From the NCBI GenBank assembly GCA_045588245.1, contig JAZNDW010000036.1:8068-72067 (forward strand): a stretch of DNA of 64,000 nucleotides. Reading direction: 5' to 3'. Shown here in pieces: positions 1-9,191 of the stretch. The notes under the pieces are model-generated. The model saw only the letters and a list, made by a program, of their open reading frames with translations, was not told the origin of the DNA and did no database searches. Position 1 is the stretch's first letter. Each line of letters begins with the position of its first letter. The DNA comes from Eubacteriales bacterium (GTDB taxonomy: Bacteria; Bacillota; Clostridia; Oscillospirales; CAG-272). The position numbers and the translations under genes were made by a program.

Positions 1-2130
1 GAATGCGATGTCTATATAATAAGGAGTACCTGCTTCCATATATAAAAGCATGGAAACTTCACCGTCGATATTGAACATTCTTTCGTCGCGTTCGAATACG
101 AGGAGCTCCGTTCCGTCTTCGGCGAATATCCATCCGTCAACACCATGAGCCGATTCATTGCGCGACGTGATTCTGTAAACGCCGGATACCGTGGGAATGA
201 ACTCGGCGCGCAGGCCTCGCGGCATGATAACGCGGTCATAGAAGAAGAAGTTCGTTTCAACACCTACACCGAGCGTTGCCTTATACGCAGATTCTGCAGA
301 CAAGCCCTTGATCGGATCCTCAAGCTGCTCGCCGTTTGTGCCGTATGACTGATAGTACTTGCAAATCTTAAGCCACTCGTTTTCCGTGCCGTCAAAGCCG
401 AGCACGGATGCGGTAATCTTCAGGTACTCCGCAAGCTCCTTCGTAACGGTGCAGATACCGTTGATCTGTGAATTGGATGCGTAATTGAAATACGGGAGCA
501 TGTCGTCGTAATAATTATATCCGCCGACGGTAACATCACCGTTGAGTGCCATAAGATAGATTGAATTTTCTTCGCTGAATACGGTCGTATTCATAAGATC
601 CGCCAAAAGAAGCGGTCCGTTGACGGAACCGACGTGGTAGTAGCCGTCATATTCATTATAGAAAACGTCAACGTAGTCATAGTTGATGCCGTCCTCGGTG
701 GATGCGGCATAGCGCGGGATATACGTTGCAACGTTGATTTTGTCAGCATCGACAACTCTGAAATTGTCAACGTAAACCGTGTCGTCGCCCTCGCCGGTCG
801 AATCGTCCTTGAGGTAGCAAAGCGCGACCTTATAAGTTCCGTCTTCCTCTGCGACGCAAGGATAGCAAGCCGTCCACACTTCGTTTTCGGGGATACCTGA
901 GATCTGATAGATATCTTCATCGTTTACGATAACGAACATGATGTCGGAGAAGCGTTCCGAGGAAGAAATATAGTCAAAAGCGAAAGCTTCACCCGCCTTG
1001 AGTTCGACGTCCGCGTAAATGATAGCATACGAGCCGTCGATGCCCGCATTAGACGCCTTCAGGCATTCTTCACCGATCTTTTCCGTCTTGATGAAAGGCC
1101 AGGAGTATTCGTCCTCTTCATCGGCACGGTATGTAACCGTAATCTCGCCGTCGTTTACGGCAGCGGCGATCTCGTCGGATGAAGGCATTTCATAGGTAGG
1201 AGCAACCTGTGTCAATAAATCGTCGGCGGAGCCGATGATCTTCTGTTTATAATCGTTTGCGGTGAAATGTTCAAAAATGGACGTCCAGTAACGAAGGCTG
1301 ACAAGAGCGCCTTCCTCGATCATGCAGATCGTGCCATAGCGGTCGATGATGACCGTCGTGGGGTATGCGTCTATATCGCCGCCGTTCACGTTGAATGCCG
1401 TCGTCCAGTTTGAAGAAACGGACGCCATTGTAAACGTAAGTCCGCGGGATTCCTGGTAGCCTTTCGTTGATGCGCTATCAAAAAGCGGATCAACGGCGAT
1501 GATCTCAACGTCACCCTCATACATATCATAAGCTTCCTGCATATAAGGGAACTCAAGTTCGCAGGCGGAACAGCCGTTATACCAGAAGTTGAGCACAACG
1601 ACCTTCTTATCTTTGAGTACCTCAGACAGCGTTACCGTTTCGCCGTCGGGCGTCGTAACGCTGAAGTCATACATAATATTGCCAACGCTCAGCTTTGCGC
1701 CAGCCATACTTTCGTCCGCAACGACGGAGGAATGAAGAGTAATGACGGCGGTGTTGCCGCTGAACTGATAATATTCTTCAACCTTGTAACCCTTCGGCAC
1801 GCCCGAAATAACTACCGCATAGTCGGAAGAAACGGGAAGTTCAAAGGTAGCTTTACCGTCGTTACCCGTTTCGGAATAGCCCTTAAGGTCGGCAAGAGTG
1901 GAGTCTGCGTAAACATACACGTACACTCCCGATAGCGGAAGTCCTCCGATGGACGCTACGCTGACGACGTATGTACCGGTACCGGACTGATCGGCGCTAC
2001 CGTTGTCCGTACCGTTAGTATCTCCGGTATCGTCGGCGTTGCCGTCACCGCAAGACACCATTGTAAAAATAGCGGTCAGCAGCATAGTAAGCGCAAGAAA
2101 GATTGACAGGGATTTTTTGAGCATTTTCAT
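1..2130 (-). CDS. Secreted lipoprotein, 3'-truncated by the window edge. It has a prealbumin/CarboxypepD_reg-like domain, a TlpA/redoxin-like thioredoxin domain (CxxC = CSAC) and a large uncharacterised C-terminal domain.
   Basis: Not in the supplied ORF track. My minus-strand translation from ATG 2130 (GGAGAA RBS at 2135-2140) stays open for all 710 codons down to position 1. The N-terminus is MKMLKKSLSIFLALTMLLTAIFTMVSCGDG (signal peptide plus lipobox-like VSC). Later motifs are VVLNFWYNGCSACELEFPYM and YPTTVIIDRYGTI (redoxin fold). Confidence 0.75.
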   Translation of the reverse strand, partial: MKMLKKSLSIFLALTMLLTAIFTMVSCGDGNADDTGDTNGTDNGSADQSGTGTYVVSVASIGGLPLSGVYVYVYADSTLADLKGYSETGNDGKATFELPVSSDYAVVISGVPKGYKVEEYYQFSGNTAVITLHSSVVADESMAGAKLSVGNIMYDFSVTTPDGETVTLSEVLKDKKVVVLNFWYNGCSACELEFPYMQEAYDMYEGDVEIIAVDPLFDSASTKGYQESRGLTFTMASVSSNWTTAFNVNGGDIDAYPTTVIIDRYGTICMIEEGALVSLRYWTSIFEHFTANDYKQKIIGSADDLLTQVAPTYEMPSSDEIAAAVNDGEITVTYRADEEDEYSWPFIKTEKIGEECLKASNAGIDGSYAIIYADVELKAGEAFAFDYISSSERFSDIMFVIVNDEDIYQISGIPENEVWTACYPCVAEEDGTYKVALCYLKDDSTGEGDDTVYVDNFRVVDADKINVATYIPRYAASTEDGINYDYVDVFYNEYDGYYHVGSVNGPLLLADLMNTTVFSEENSIYLMALNGDVTVGGYNYYDDMLPYFNYASNSQINGICTVTKELAEYLKITASVLGFDGTENEWLKICKYYQSYGTNGEQLEDPIKGLSAESAYKATLGVGVETNFFFYDRVIMPRGLRAEFIPTVSGVYRITSRNESAHGVDGWIFAEDGTELLVFERDERMFNIDGEVSMLLYMEAGTPYYIDIAF

Positions 2131-2285
2131 TTTGTTCTCCGATCGGCGTTTTTCTGCTAAAAAAATAAAACGCCATATTAATACAGATATCATAATATCA
2201 CAAAGCCTTTCGGTTGTCAACCTGCGTCGCTTACCGCAATCCGAGGATTTTCTCAAAAAAAGCTTTGCGGATCTTCTTTATTTCT

Positions 2286-2314
2286 TTGACACCGGGCATA
2301 TCTTTTGATATAAT
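2286..2314 (+). promoter_or_regulatory. Sigma-A type promoter for the GH4 gene
   Basis: TTGACA (2286-2291), 17-nt spacer, TATAAT (2309-2314). A leader of about 120 nt follows before the start codon. Confidence 0.5.
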
Positions 2315-2437
2315 CAAACTATGATAGGTCACGGGAGGCAAACGATTTGAATGTCGTTACGATAACGTTCGCCGAATCGCTTCCGGTAACTACATATTTT
2401 TTGCAGCATAATTACTTCAAAAAAAGGAGTCTACACC

Positions 2438-3772
2438 ATGGGAAAGATCACATTTATGGGTGCCGGAAGCACCGTTTTTGCAAAAAACGTCCTCGGTGAC
2501 TGTATGCTCACCCCGTCGCTTTGCGATTTTGACATCGCACTGTACGACATTGATGGCGAACGTCTTGAAGAATCGTATGTTATGATCTCCGCGCTCAACC
2601 GCAACATCAACGAAGGCCGCGCGAAGATAACCAAGCACCTCGGTGTTGAAAACCGCAAGGAAGCGCTTCGCGGCGCCGACTTTGTCGTTAATGCGATTCA
2701 GGTCGGAGGATACGAGCCCTGCACCGTCACCGATTTTGAAGTGCCGAAAAAATACGGACTTCGCCAAACGATCGCCGACACGCTCGGCATCGGCGGAATC
2801 TTCCGCACGCTCCGCACGATCCCCGTGCTCGAAGATTTTGCAAACGACATGGCAGAGGTCTGCCCCGACGCCTGGTTTCTGAATTACACCAACCCGATGG
2901 CGATGCTGACAGGTTACATGCTCCGCCACACACCGATCAAAACGGTCGGACTTTGTCACAGCGTTCAGGTTTGCTCGCGTCACCTTTTACGCTCGCTCGG
3001 AATCGAATATCACGAGCCGATCAAGGAGCGCATCGCGGGCATCAACCACATGGGCTGGCTGCTTGAGCTCTACGACGCAGACGGCACTGATCTATATCCC
3101 GAAGTGCGCCGCCGTGCCGTCGCAAAGCTTGAAGAAGAGCTTGCGTCGGGCAACTCAAAGCATCACGACCTTACTCGCTACGAATACATTCGTCGCTTCG
3201 GTTACTACTGCACCGAGTCGAGCGAGCACAACGCCGAATACAACAATTTCTTCATTAAGTCAAAATATCCCGAGCTTATCACAAAATATAATATTCCTCT
3301 CGACGAATATCCGCGCCGCTGTGTAAATCAGATAGCTGGCTGGAAGGCTGACCGCGAAAAGTACGTCTCAGGAGACGTCACGCACAAGCGTACACACGAA
3401 TACGCCTCCTACATCATGGAAGCTATGGTGACGGACACGCCTTATAAGATCGGCGGCAACGTACTCAACAACGGTCTTATTGAGAATCTGCCGCGGGAAG
3501 CGTGCGTTGAGGTCGCGTGCCTTGTAAACCGATACGGCGTACAGCCGACTTATCAGGGCGAGCTTCCGACGGTGCTCGCCGCGATGAATATGACGAACAT
3601 CAACACACAGCTTTTAACGATCGAAGCCGCCGTTACAAAGAAAAAGGAGCTTGTCTACCAGGCAGCGATGCTCGAACCGCACACGTCGTCCGAGCTTTCG
3701 ATAGACGACATCGTTTCGCTTTGCGACGACCTCTTTGAAGCGCACAAGGGTTGGCTGCCGGAATATAAATAA
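2438..3772 (+). CDS. Glycoside hydrolase family 4 (NAD+/Mn2+-dependent alpha-glucosidase / alpha-galactosidase, AglA/MelA type)
   Basis: 444-aa ORF with an AAGGAG RBS. The N-terminal Rossmann motif is MGKITFMGAGSTVFAKNVLGD. NYTNPMAMLT and VGLCHSVQ are GH4 hallmarks. Confidence 0.9.
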   Translation: MGKITFMGAGSTVFAKNVLGDCMLTPSLCDFDIALYDIDGERLEESYVMISALNRNINEGRAKITKHLGVENRKEALRGADFVVNAIQVGGYEPCTVTDFEVPKKYGLRQTIADTLGIGGIFRTLRTIPVLEDFANDMAEVCPDAWFLNYTNPMAMLTGYMLRHTPIKTVGLCHSVQVCSRHLLRSLGIEYHEPIKERIAGINHMGWLLELYDADGTDLYPEVRRRAVAKLEEELASGNSKHHDLTRYEYIRRFGYYCTESSEHNAEYNNFFIKSKYPELITKYNIPLDEYPRRCVNQIAGWKADREKYVSGDVTHKRTHEYASYIMEAMVTDTPYKIGGNVLNNGLIENLPREACVEVACLVNRYGVQPTYQGELPTVLAAMNMTNINTQLLTIEAAVTKKKELVYQAAMLEPHTSSELSIDDIVSLCDDLFEAHKGWLPEYK

Positions 3773-3795
3773 GGATTATAGCTGTAGATAACGAA

Positions 3796-3826
3796 AAACG
3801 GGAGGGGCTTCCCTCCTGTTTTTTTA
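3796..3826 (+). terminator. Rho-independent terminator of the GH4 gene
   Basis: GGGAGGGG / CCCTCCTG hairpin followed by a T7 run. Confidence 0.8.
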
Positions 3827-3834
3827 CACATTAT

Positions 3835-3851
3835 ATCAACCGTTGGTTGAT
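3835..3851. promoter_or_regulatory. Candidate operator: inverted repeat ATCAACC-N3-GGTTGAT upstream of the XRE-family gene
   Basis: The 7-bp arms are perfect. A third near-copy, TTCAACC, lies at 3861-3867. The site is about 110 nt upstream of the HTH gene start. Confidence 0.3.
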
Positions 3852-3959
3852 GATGTCAGTTTCAACCAACAGTTTATTTACTTTGCCGTTTTTTCGTGAT
3901 ACGCTTTTACCGTAAAAGGCAGCGCGGCCCCATTTCCACAAAAAATACGGAGGTTTCAA

Positions 3960-5009
3960 ATGAGAATCATTATTTCAGAGATAATCAAAGAACAGCGTCA
4001 GCGTCTCGGTATCAGTCAGGAAACTCTCGCCGTCAAGTTTGGTATTTCAACGCAAGCCGTTTCAAAGTGGGAAACGGGAGTTTCGTGTCCTGACATTTCC
4101 TTGTTGCCGGAGATTGCTGAATTTTTCGGTATCTCGGTCGATTATCTGTTAACGGGCAAAACGCTTGTTGCTCCCAACGGGTCTATAGACGCGGAGAGTG
4201 AAGATGCACCCGAAGCGGTTTACACTGTTGCGGGTGACAGCGAGATAAAGGATAAATGCCCTAAAGTTGACACGATATACGTTGTAGAGATCTATAACGG
4301 CCACATATTAGAAGCATCGGAGCATTATGACGACGTTGATAGAGTTAAGATCTCGATGCCATCGGGCATCTGGAATCTCGACATCAACTGCGCCGCATCT
4401 TTGGGTTTTGACCTCTTCAAAGGCACCGTCAACGTCAATTCGGGTAACGTCAGCTTCAACGGTGAAGTCTCGGGCAACGTAACGGTTGCGAATGCAAACG
4501 TTTCGTTCAACAAGCACGTTAACGGGGACGTTAGCATGAAAGAAAGCACCGCAGGCTTTCTTTCCGAGATCGCCGGGGACGTAAACGTAATGGGCGGCAG
4601 TATCGCGTGCGATGGTGATATTGCGGGTGATATTATGCATCAGAACGGTGAGATCACGATAAGCGGCGACGTTGCGGGAGATGTTGCCGTAAACGTCGGC
4701 AGCTTCACCTGTGAAGGCGACATCAGCGGTGACGTTACGGTTACAACGGGTAATTTTGTTGGTGAGGGTGACATAGGCGGCGACGCTTCCGTTAAAGGCG
4801 GTGACCTCACTTGCGAGGGTGACATAGGCGGCGACGTTAATGTTGACAGCGGTAATCTCACCTGTGAGGGTGACATTGACGGTGACGTTGATGTTTATTA
4901 CGGCAATCTTACCTGCGAGGGCGATATTGGTGGCGACGCTTCCGTCAAAAGCGGTAACCTCACCTGCGAGGGTGACATTGACGGCGACGCGTCGTGCGAT
5001 GATGACTGA
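3960..5009 (+). CDS. XRE (Cro/C1) helix-turn-helix protein fused to a C-terminal beta-helix-like G-D-[IV] repeat domain (bactofilin / DUF4097-like appearance)
   Basis: GGAGG RBS. The N-terminus, RQRLGISQETLAVKFGISTQAVSKWETG, is a classic XRE HTH. No TM segment is present. The C-terminal ~190 aa are repetitive (see the repeat feature). Confidence 0.85.
   Translation: MRIIISEIIKEQRQRLGISQETLAVKFGISTQAVSKWETGVSCPDISLLPEIAEFFGISVDYLLTGKTLVAPNGSIDAESEDAPEAVYTVAGDSEIKDKCPKVDTIYVVEIYNGHILEASEHYDDVDRVKISMPSGIWNLDINCAASLGFDLFKGTVNVNSGNVSFNGEVSGNVTVANANVSFNKHVNGDVSMKESTAGFLSEIAGDVNVMGGSIACDGDIAGDIMHQNGEITISGDVAGDVAVNVGSFTCEGDISGDVTVTTGNFVGEGDIGGDASVKGGDLTCEGDIGGDVNVDSGNLTCEGDIDGDVDVYYGNLTCEGDIGGDASVKSGNLTCEGDIDGDASCDDD
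4677..5006 (+). repeat. In-frame 51-bp (17-aa) tandem repeat, six full units plus a truncated seventh
   Basis: The units are GDVAVNVGSFTCEGDIS, GDVTVTTGNFVGEGDIG, GDASVKGGDLTCEGDIG, GDVNVDSGNLTCEGDID, GDVDVYYGNLTCEGDIG, GDASVKSGNLTCEGDID and GDASCDDD. The DNA copies differ mainly at synonymous positions. Confidence 0.9.
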
Positions 5010-5028
5010 AAAATACGATAACTACGCA

Positions 5029-5064
5029 AAAACAGCGAAAAGCCGAGGCTTTTCGCTGTTTTTG
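5029..5064. terminator. Bidirectional terminator between the XRE-repeat gene (+) and glnS (-)
   Basis: AAAACAGCGAAAAGCC / GGCTTTTCGCTGTTTT hairpin flanked by A and T runs. Confidence 0.8.
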
Positions 5065-5068
5065 ATAT

Positions 5069-6736
5069 TTATGCTTTGTAACTGCCCTTGAGACTTACGA
5101 TACGGTTATACGTATTCGGGAGCTTCTTGTCACGGATGAAGTATCCGTTTCTGACGAACTGATAATGAACTCCGTCCTCTTCTTCGGGGATGCACGGCTC
5201 AAGCTTACAGCCCTCATATTTTATAGAAGATTCGGGATTCAGATACTTTTCGTACTCTGCCGACGGGACGTCGTTCATGTTCGCTTCGGTAAAGAGCTTA
5301 TCGTAGTAAATAACATCTGCAGTGTGTGCGTACTCGGCGGAAACCCAATGGATAGTTCCCTTGACTTTTCTGCCGTCCGTGGGCATACCGCAACCCGTTT
5401 CAAGATCTGCCGCACAGCGGATTTCTGTCACGTTGCCGTCGCTGTCCTTGACGATCTCGTTACACTTGACGATGTACGAACCCATAAGGCGGACCTCGCC
5501 GTCAGGCTTCATGCGGAAAAACTTCGGAGGCGGAACCTCTGCAAAGTCGTCCTCTTCGATGTAAAGCTCGCGCGTGAACGGAACCTTGCGTGTTCCCGCT
5601 TCGGGGTCTGTCGGGTTATTCGGAAGATCGAAATATTCCGTTTTGTCCTCGGGATAGTTCGTGATAACTACCTTGATCGGCTTGATAACGGCTACTCGGC
5701 GCGGCGCTTTGCCCGAAAGGTCCTCGCGCACGCAGTGCTCGAGCAGTTCAAGCTCTGCCATTGAATTCGTCTTTGCGACGCCTACTCTGCCCAAAAAGTC
5801 GATGATCGATTCAGCGGTATAACCGCGGCGACGGAGACCGCACAGCGTTGGCATTCTCGGATCGTCCCAGCCGTCAACGAGTCCGGATTCAACGAGATAG
5901 CGCAAGAAGCGCTTCGACATTACGGTGTAGGAAAGGTTAAGACGCGCAAATTCGATCTGACGCGGCATCACGGGGCTGTCCATGTAGGGAGCAACGTGTT
6001 CTTTCACCCAGTCGTAAAGCGGACGGTGGATCTCGTACTCAAGCGAGCAGAGAGAGTGTGTGATGCCCTCTATATAGTCCTGTATCGGGTGAGCGAAGTC
6101 GTACATCGGGAAGATGCACCACTTCGTTCCCTGACGGTGATGCTCGATATAGCGGATTCTGTAAAGCACGGGGTCGCGCATATTGAAGTTGCCAGAGGCA
6201 AGGTCGATCTTTGCGCGGAGCGTGTACTGCCCTTCCTCGAATTCGCCCGCTTTCATTCGGCGGAACAGATCAAGGCTTTCCTCGATCGGTCTATTGCGGT
6301 AAGGAGAGATCGCGGGATGCGAAAGGTCACCGCGGTATTCGGAGAATTTTTCCGCGGAAAGCTCGCAAACGTATGCAAGACCGTCCATGATAAGATGCTC
6401 AGCGAGCTCGTATGTCTTTTCAAAGTAATCGGAGCCGTAGTAGAAGCGGTCGCCCCAATCGAAGCCGAGCCAATGGATATCCTCCTGAATGGCATCGACG
6501 TACTCGGTGTCTTCCTTTGCGGGGTTCGTGTCATCCATGCGGAGATTGCACTTGCCGCCGTACTTTTTCGCCGTTCCGAAGTCGATCAAAAGCGCTTTGC
6601 AGTGTCCGATGTGAAGATATCCGTTCGGCTCGGGCGGAAAACGTGTGTGTATGTCGTCGGCTTTGTATTTGCCCTCATTGATCTCGCCGTCAATTATTTC
6701 GTGAATGAAATTTGTGGTGTCTGCCATAATTGTCAC
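5069..6736 (-). CDS. glnS: Glutamine--tRNA ligase
   Basis: 555 aa. It has FPPEPNGYLHIGHCKA (HIGH), LRMDDTNP and VMSKR (KMSKS), with overall GlnRS architecture. Confidence 0.95.
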   Translation of the reverse strand: MTIMADTTNFIHEIIDGEINEGKYKADDIHTRFPPEPNGYLHIGHCKALLIDFGTAKKYGGKCNLRMDDTNPAKEDTEYVDAIQEDIHWLGFDWGDRFYYGSDYFEKTYELAEHLIMDGLAYVCELSAEKFSEYRGDLSHPAISPYRNRPIEESLDLFRRMKAGEFEEGQYTLRAKIDLASGNFNMRDPVLYRIRYIEHHRQGTKWCIFPMYDFAHPIQDYIEGITHSLCSLEYEIHRPLYDWVKEHVAPYMDSPVMPRQIEFARLNLSYTVMSKRFLRYLVESGLVDGWDDPRMPTLCGLRRRGYTAESIIDFLGRVGVAKTNSMAELELLEHCVREDLSGKAPRRVAVIKPIKVVITNYPEDKTEYFDLPNNPTDPEAGTRKVPFTRELYIEEDDFAEVPPPKFFRMKPDGEVRLMGSYIVKCNEIVKDSDGNVTEIRCAADLETGCGMPTDGRKVKGTIHWVSAEYAHTADVIYYDKLFTEANMNDVPSAEYEKYLNPESSIKYEGCKLEPCIPEEEDGVHYQFVRNGYFIRDKKLPNTYNRIVSLKGSYKA

Positions 6737-6747
6737 CTATCGTTATA

Positions 6748-8418
6748 TCAAAGTTTTTCTGTCATTTCGGTAAGTCTATATACGGAGCGCTCCGCACCGA
6801 TGATCTTCATAACGGTGTAAAGATCGGGCGAATTAAGCTTGCCCGTAACGGCTACGCGGATCATCATGCTGACGTCGGCAACGCTTCCCTTGTAGGCTTC
6901 GGGATTCTTGCGATATTCTTTCATATCGGTGCAGTAACCGAGTTCTGCGGCAATGTTTTTGACCTTCTCAAACCAGGCGTTTGCGTCGTCCTCGTGGTCG
7001 TACAGCTTCACAAAAGATGAAAGAACAGCCTTCACGTCGGCAAGGGATGTGCCCTCGGGGTACTCGTCCTCTACTTTGAAATATGCGTCATAGAAGAGCG
7101 ACATATATTCGCGGAGCTCAACCCACGTAGCGTAGTCTTTTCTCGGCTTGTTTCCGCCGCGGCCGATGTTGATGATCGCTTTTGCGTAATCGGGATCGGC
7201 GGCGAGCTTTTCGGAGAAATCTGCATCGAAGTCAACTGCCCAGCCGTAAAGTGCATCATAAATGTAATCTGCTGTCATTGTGGAAATGACGTTTTTGGAA
7301 ATGTCGGCGAGCTTGTTCATATCGAAAAGGCAACCCGAAACACTCATTTTCTTGATGTTGAACGGAAAATCTCTATATGATTTATCCTTGTTCTGAGCGT
7401 GCCATTCCTCAAAGTTTGAGTTAAGCAGTGTCATAACGTATTCGGAAACGCAGGCAGGATCGTAGCCAAGACGGCGGTAATCATCCATATTTGCGCCCAT
7501 GTCACGCTTTGAAAGCTTCTTCTTAGAGCCGTCCGCATCAAGCTTCATAAGCTGGGAGATGTGCATATACTTCGGTGCGCGCCAGCCGAGATAGCGGAAA
7601 AGCTGCAGGTGCTTTGTCAGGCTGGGGAGCCACTCCTCGCCTCTTACGACGTGAGTCGTACGCATGAGATGGTCGTCAACGACGTGAGCGAAGTGATACG
7701 TGGGAACGCCGTCGGACTTGAGCAAAACGACGTCCTCGTCGTTTTCGGAAAGCTCAAGATTGCCTCTGACAAGGTCAGTGAACTTGAATTTCTTTTCGGC
7801 GTCGCCTTCAGCGATTGCAAAAAGGGCGAACTTCTGTCCTTTTGCAAGCGCTTCTTCGACCGCTTCAATTGTGAACTGTCTGCGATCGAGCATCGCCTGA
7901 CGGCGTGCCGCGCCCTCGGCTTCCCAGTCAATACTCTTTATCTCAGCTTTTTTATCGACCGTCTTGATCTCGTGAAGCTCCTCTTCCGTTGAGAAAACGG
8001 GATAAGCTCTTCCCTCTTTAACGAGGCGCTTTGCGTATACGTGATAAATGTCAACGCGGCGGCTCTGGCGGTACGGTCCGTACTCGCCGACCTCGCCGTC
8101 AACGGTTTCGCCTTCGTCAAATTCCACGCCGTAATGCGCAAGAGTTTTAATAAGTGCGGCTGCGGCGCCCTCTACTTCACGGCGCGCGTCCGTATCCTCG
8201 ATACGCAGATAAAATACACCGCCCGACTGATGTGCAAGACGCTCGCCTACCATCGCGGGAAACATTCCGCCGAAGTGAACGAAGCCCGTGGGGCTCGGTG
8301 CGAATCTCGTAACCTTTGCGCCTTCGGGCAGGTTTCTTTCGGGATATCTTGCTTCAAGCTCCTCCTCCGTCATCGTAACGTTCGGAAAAAGCAACTCTGC
8401 CAAATAATTATAATCCAT
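6748..8418 (-). CDS. gltX: Glutamate--tRNA ligase (long form)
   Basis: 556 aa. It has RFAPSPTGFVHFGG (HIGH variant), YLRIEDTD and KLSKRD (KMSKS). It lies 11 nt upstream of glnS on the same strand. Confidence 0.92.
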   Translation of the reverse strand: MDYNYLAELLFPNVTMTEEELEARYPERNLPEGAKVTRFAPSPTGFVHFGGMFPAMVGERLAHQSGGVFYLRIEDTDARREVEGAAAALIKTLAHYGVEFDEGETVDGEVGEYGPYRQSRRVDIYHVYAKRLVKEGRAYPVFSTEEELHEIKTVDKKAEIKSIDWEAEGAARRQAMLDRRQFTIEAVEEALAKGQKFALFAIAEGDAEKKFKFTDLVRGNLELSENDEDVVLLKSDGVPTYHFAHVVDDHLMRTTHVVRGEEWLPSLTKHLQLFRYLGWRAPKYMHISQLMKLDADGSKKKLSKRDMGANMDDYRRLGYDPACVSEYVMTLLNSNFEEWHAQNKDKSYRDFPFNIKKMSVSGCLFDMNKLADISKNVISTMTADYIYDALYGWAVDFDADFSEKLAADPDYAKAIINIGRGGNKPRKDYATWVELREYMSLFYDAYFKVEDEYPEGTSLADVKAVLSSFVKLYDHEDDANAWFEKVKNIAAELGYCTDMKEYRKNPEAYKGSVADVSMMIRVAVTGKLNSPDLYTVMKIIGAERSVYRLTEMTEKL

Positions 8419-8573
8419 AATAACCTCATATAAAGTTAAATCATTATCTTATAAGCCAGCCGAAATAAACACGGCTTTTTAGATTATAACACGAAGACTT
8501 CGTCTTTTCAATAATAAATAATCCATATTTAACCCGTTAAATTGCAATTTTATAACTGTTATTTCCAAAAATA

Positions 8574-8602
8574 TTGATTTTTACGAAAAATAATGGTATC
8601 AT
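8574..8602 (+). promoter_or_regulatory. Sigma-A type promoter with extended -10 for the DivIVA-domain gene
   Basis: TTGATT, 17-nt spacer, TATCAT preceded by TGg (TGnTATCAT). Confidence 0.4.
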
Positions 8603-8665
8603 AACGTAAGTGGTAAATCATATTTACCGAGTACCGCCCAAAGCGGCGGATAACAGAGGTTAAAG

Positions 8666-9190
8666 ATGTCTGCAAATTTATTCAAAACCGCCATGGGCGG
8701 ATACAATAAGTCCGAGGTTGACGCATACATTCTTCACGTCAGCAAAAAGGGCGAACGCGAACGCCGCGATTACGAGAAAAAGATCGAGGTTTTAGAAGCT
8801 GAGATCAAAAAGCTCAAAGGTGAAAAAGAAAACGTCGAATCCCTTTTGAAAGAAGACGAAGCCATCATCTCCGCATTTCATAATATGGTCTCGGAAGCGG
8901 GCAGCGAAGCCGCTGATGCGCCTGCAGCGGAGGCTCTCCCCGAGGAAACGTCTGAGGTCCTCGAAAAATCGAAGCGTTACGATGAAATTAGCCGTCAGCT
9001 CGGCGAGATCATCATAAAAGTAAACACTGACGCGGCACGCATCATCAGCGAAGCCGAAACAGAAGCAAACGCCATCCGTCAAAAAGCGGCGCTTGACATA
9101 AAGCTTGCCGCCGAAAGCATCACGCAGAAGCTTTCTGAGATCGCAAACGAAACGGCAAACGCAGTTGCCGACAGCACCGACGCCGAATAA
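8666..9190 (+). CDS. DivIVA-domain coiled-coil protein
   Basis: GAGG RBS. The N-terminus, FKTAMGGYNKSEVDAYI, is the DivIVA N-terminal motif. The rest is charged coiled coil. Confidence 0.75.
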   Translation: MSANLFKTAMGGYNKSEVDAYILHVSKKGERERRDYEKKIEVLEAEIKKLKGEKENVESLLKEDEAIISAFHNMVSEAGSEAADAPAAEALPEETSEVLEKSKRYDEISRQLGEIIIKVNTDAARIISEAETEANAIRQKAALDIKLAAESITQKLSEIANETANAVADSTDAE

Positions 9191-9191
9191 C

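Noticed and set aside
2315-2437. A possible cre site or attenuator in the GH4 leader (hairpin CGTTA-cga-TAACG, and TGAATGTCGTTACG)
   Set aside because: The sequence does not fit the cre consensus (WTGNAANCGNWNNCW) at the key positions. The hairpin has no U tract.
8419-8665. A possible T-box upstream of gltX-glnS
   Set aside because: There is no GGTGGTACC-type core, AGAGA box or terminator/antiterminator pair on the minus strand. I see only two small hairpins in a 247-nt divergent promoter region.
9105-9191. N-terminal 29 codons of track ORF 9105-10016, which overlap the DivIVA-domain gene
   Set aside because: The overlap is out of frame with a supported gene. The HTH domain begins right at GTG 9192. 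Similar spurious 5' extensions were trimmed at 33622, 33736, 39474, 43864, 46165, 47237, 47913, 51412, 53786, 61565, 62433 and 63931.
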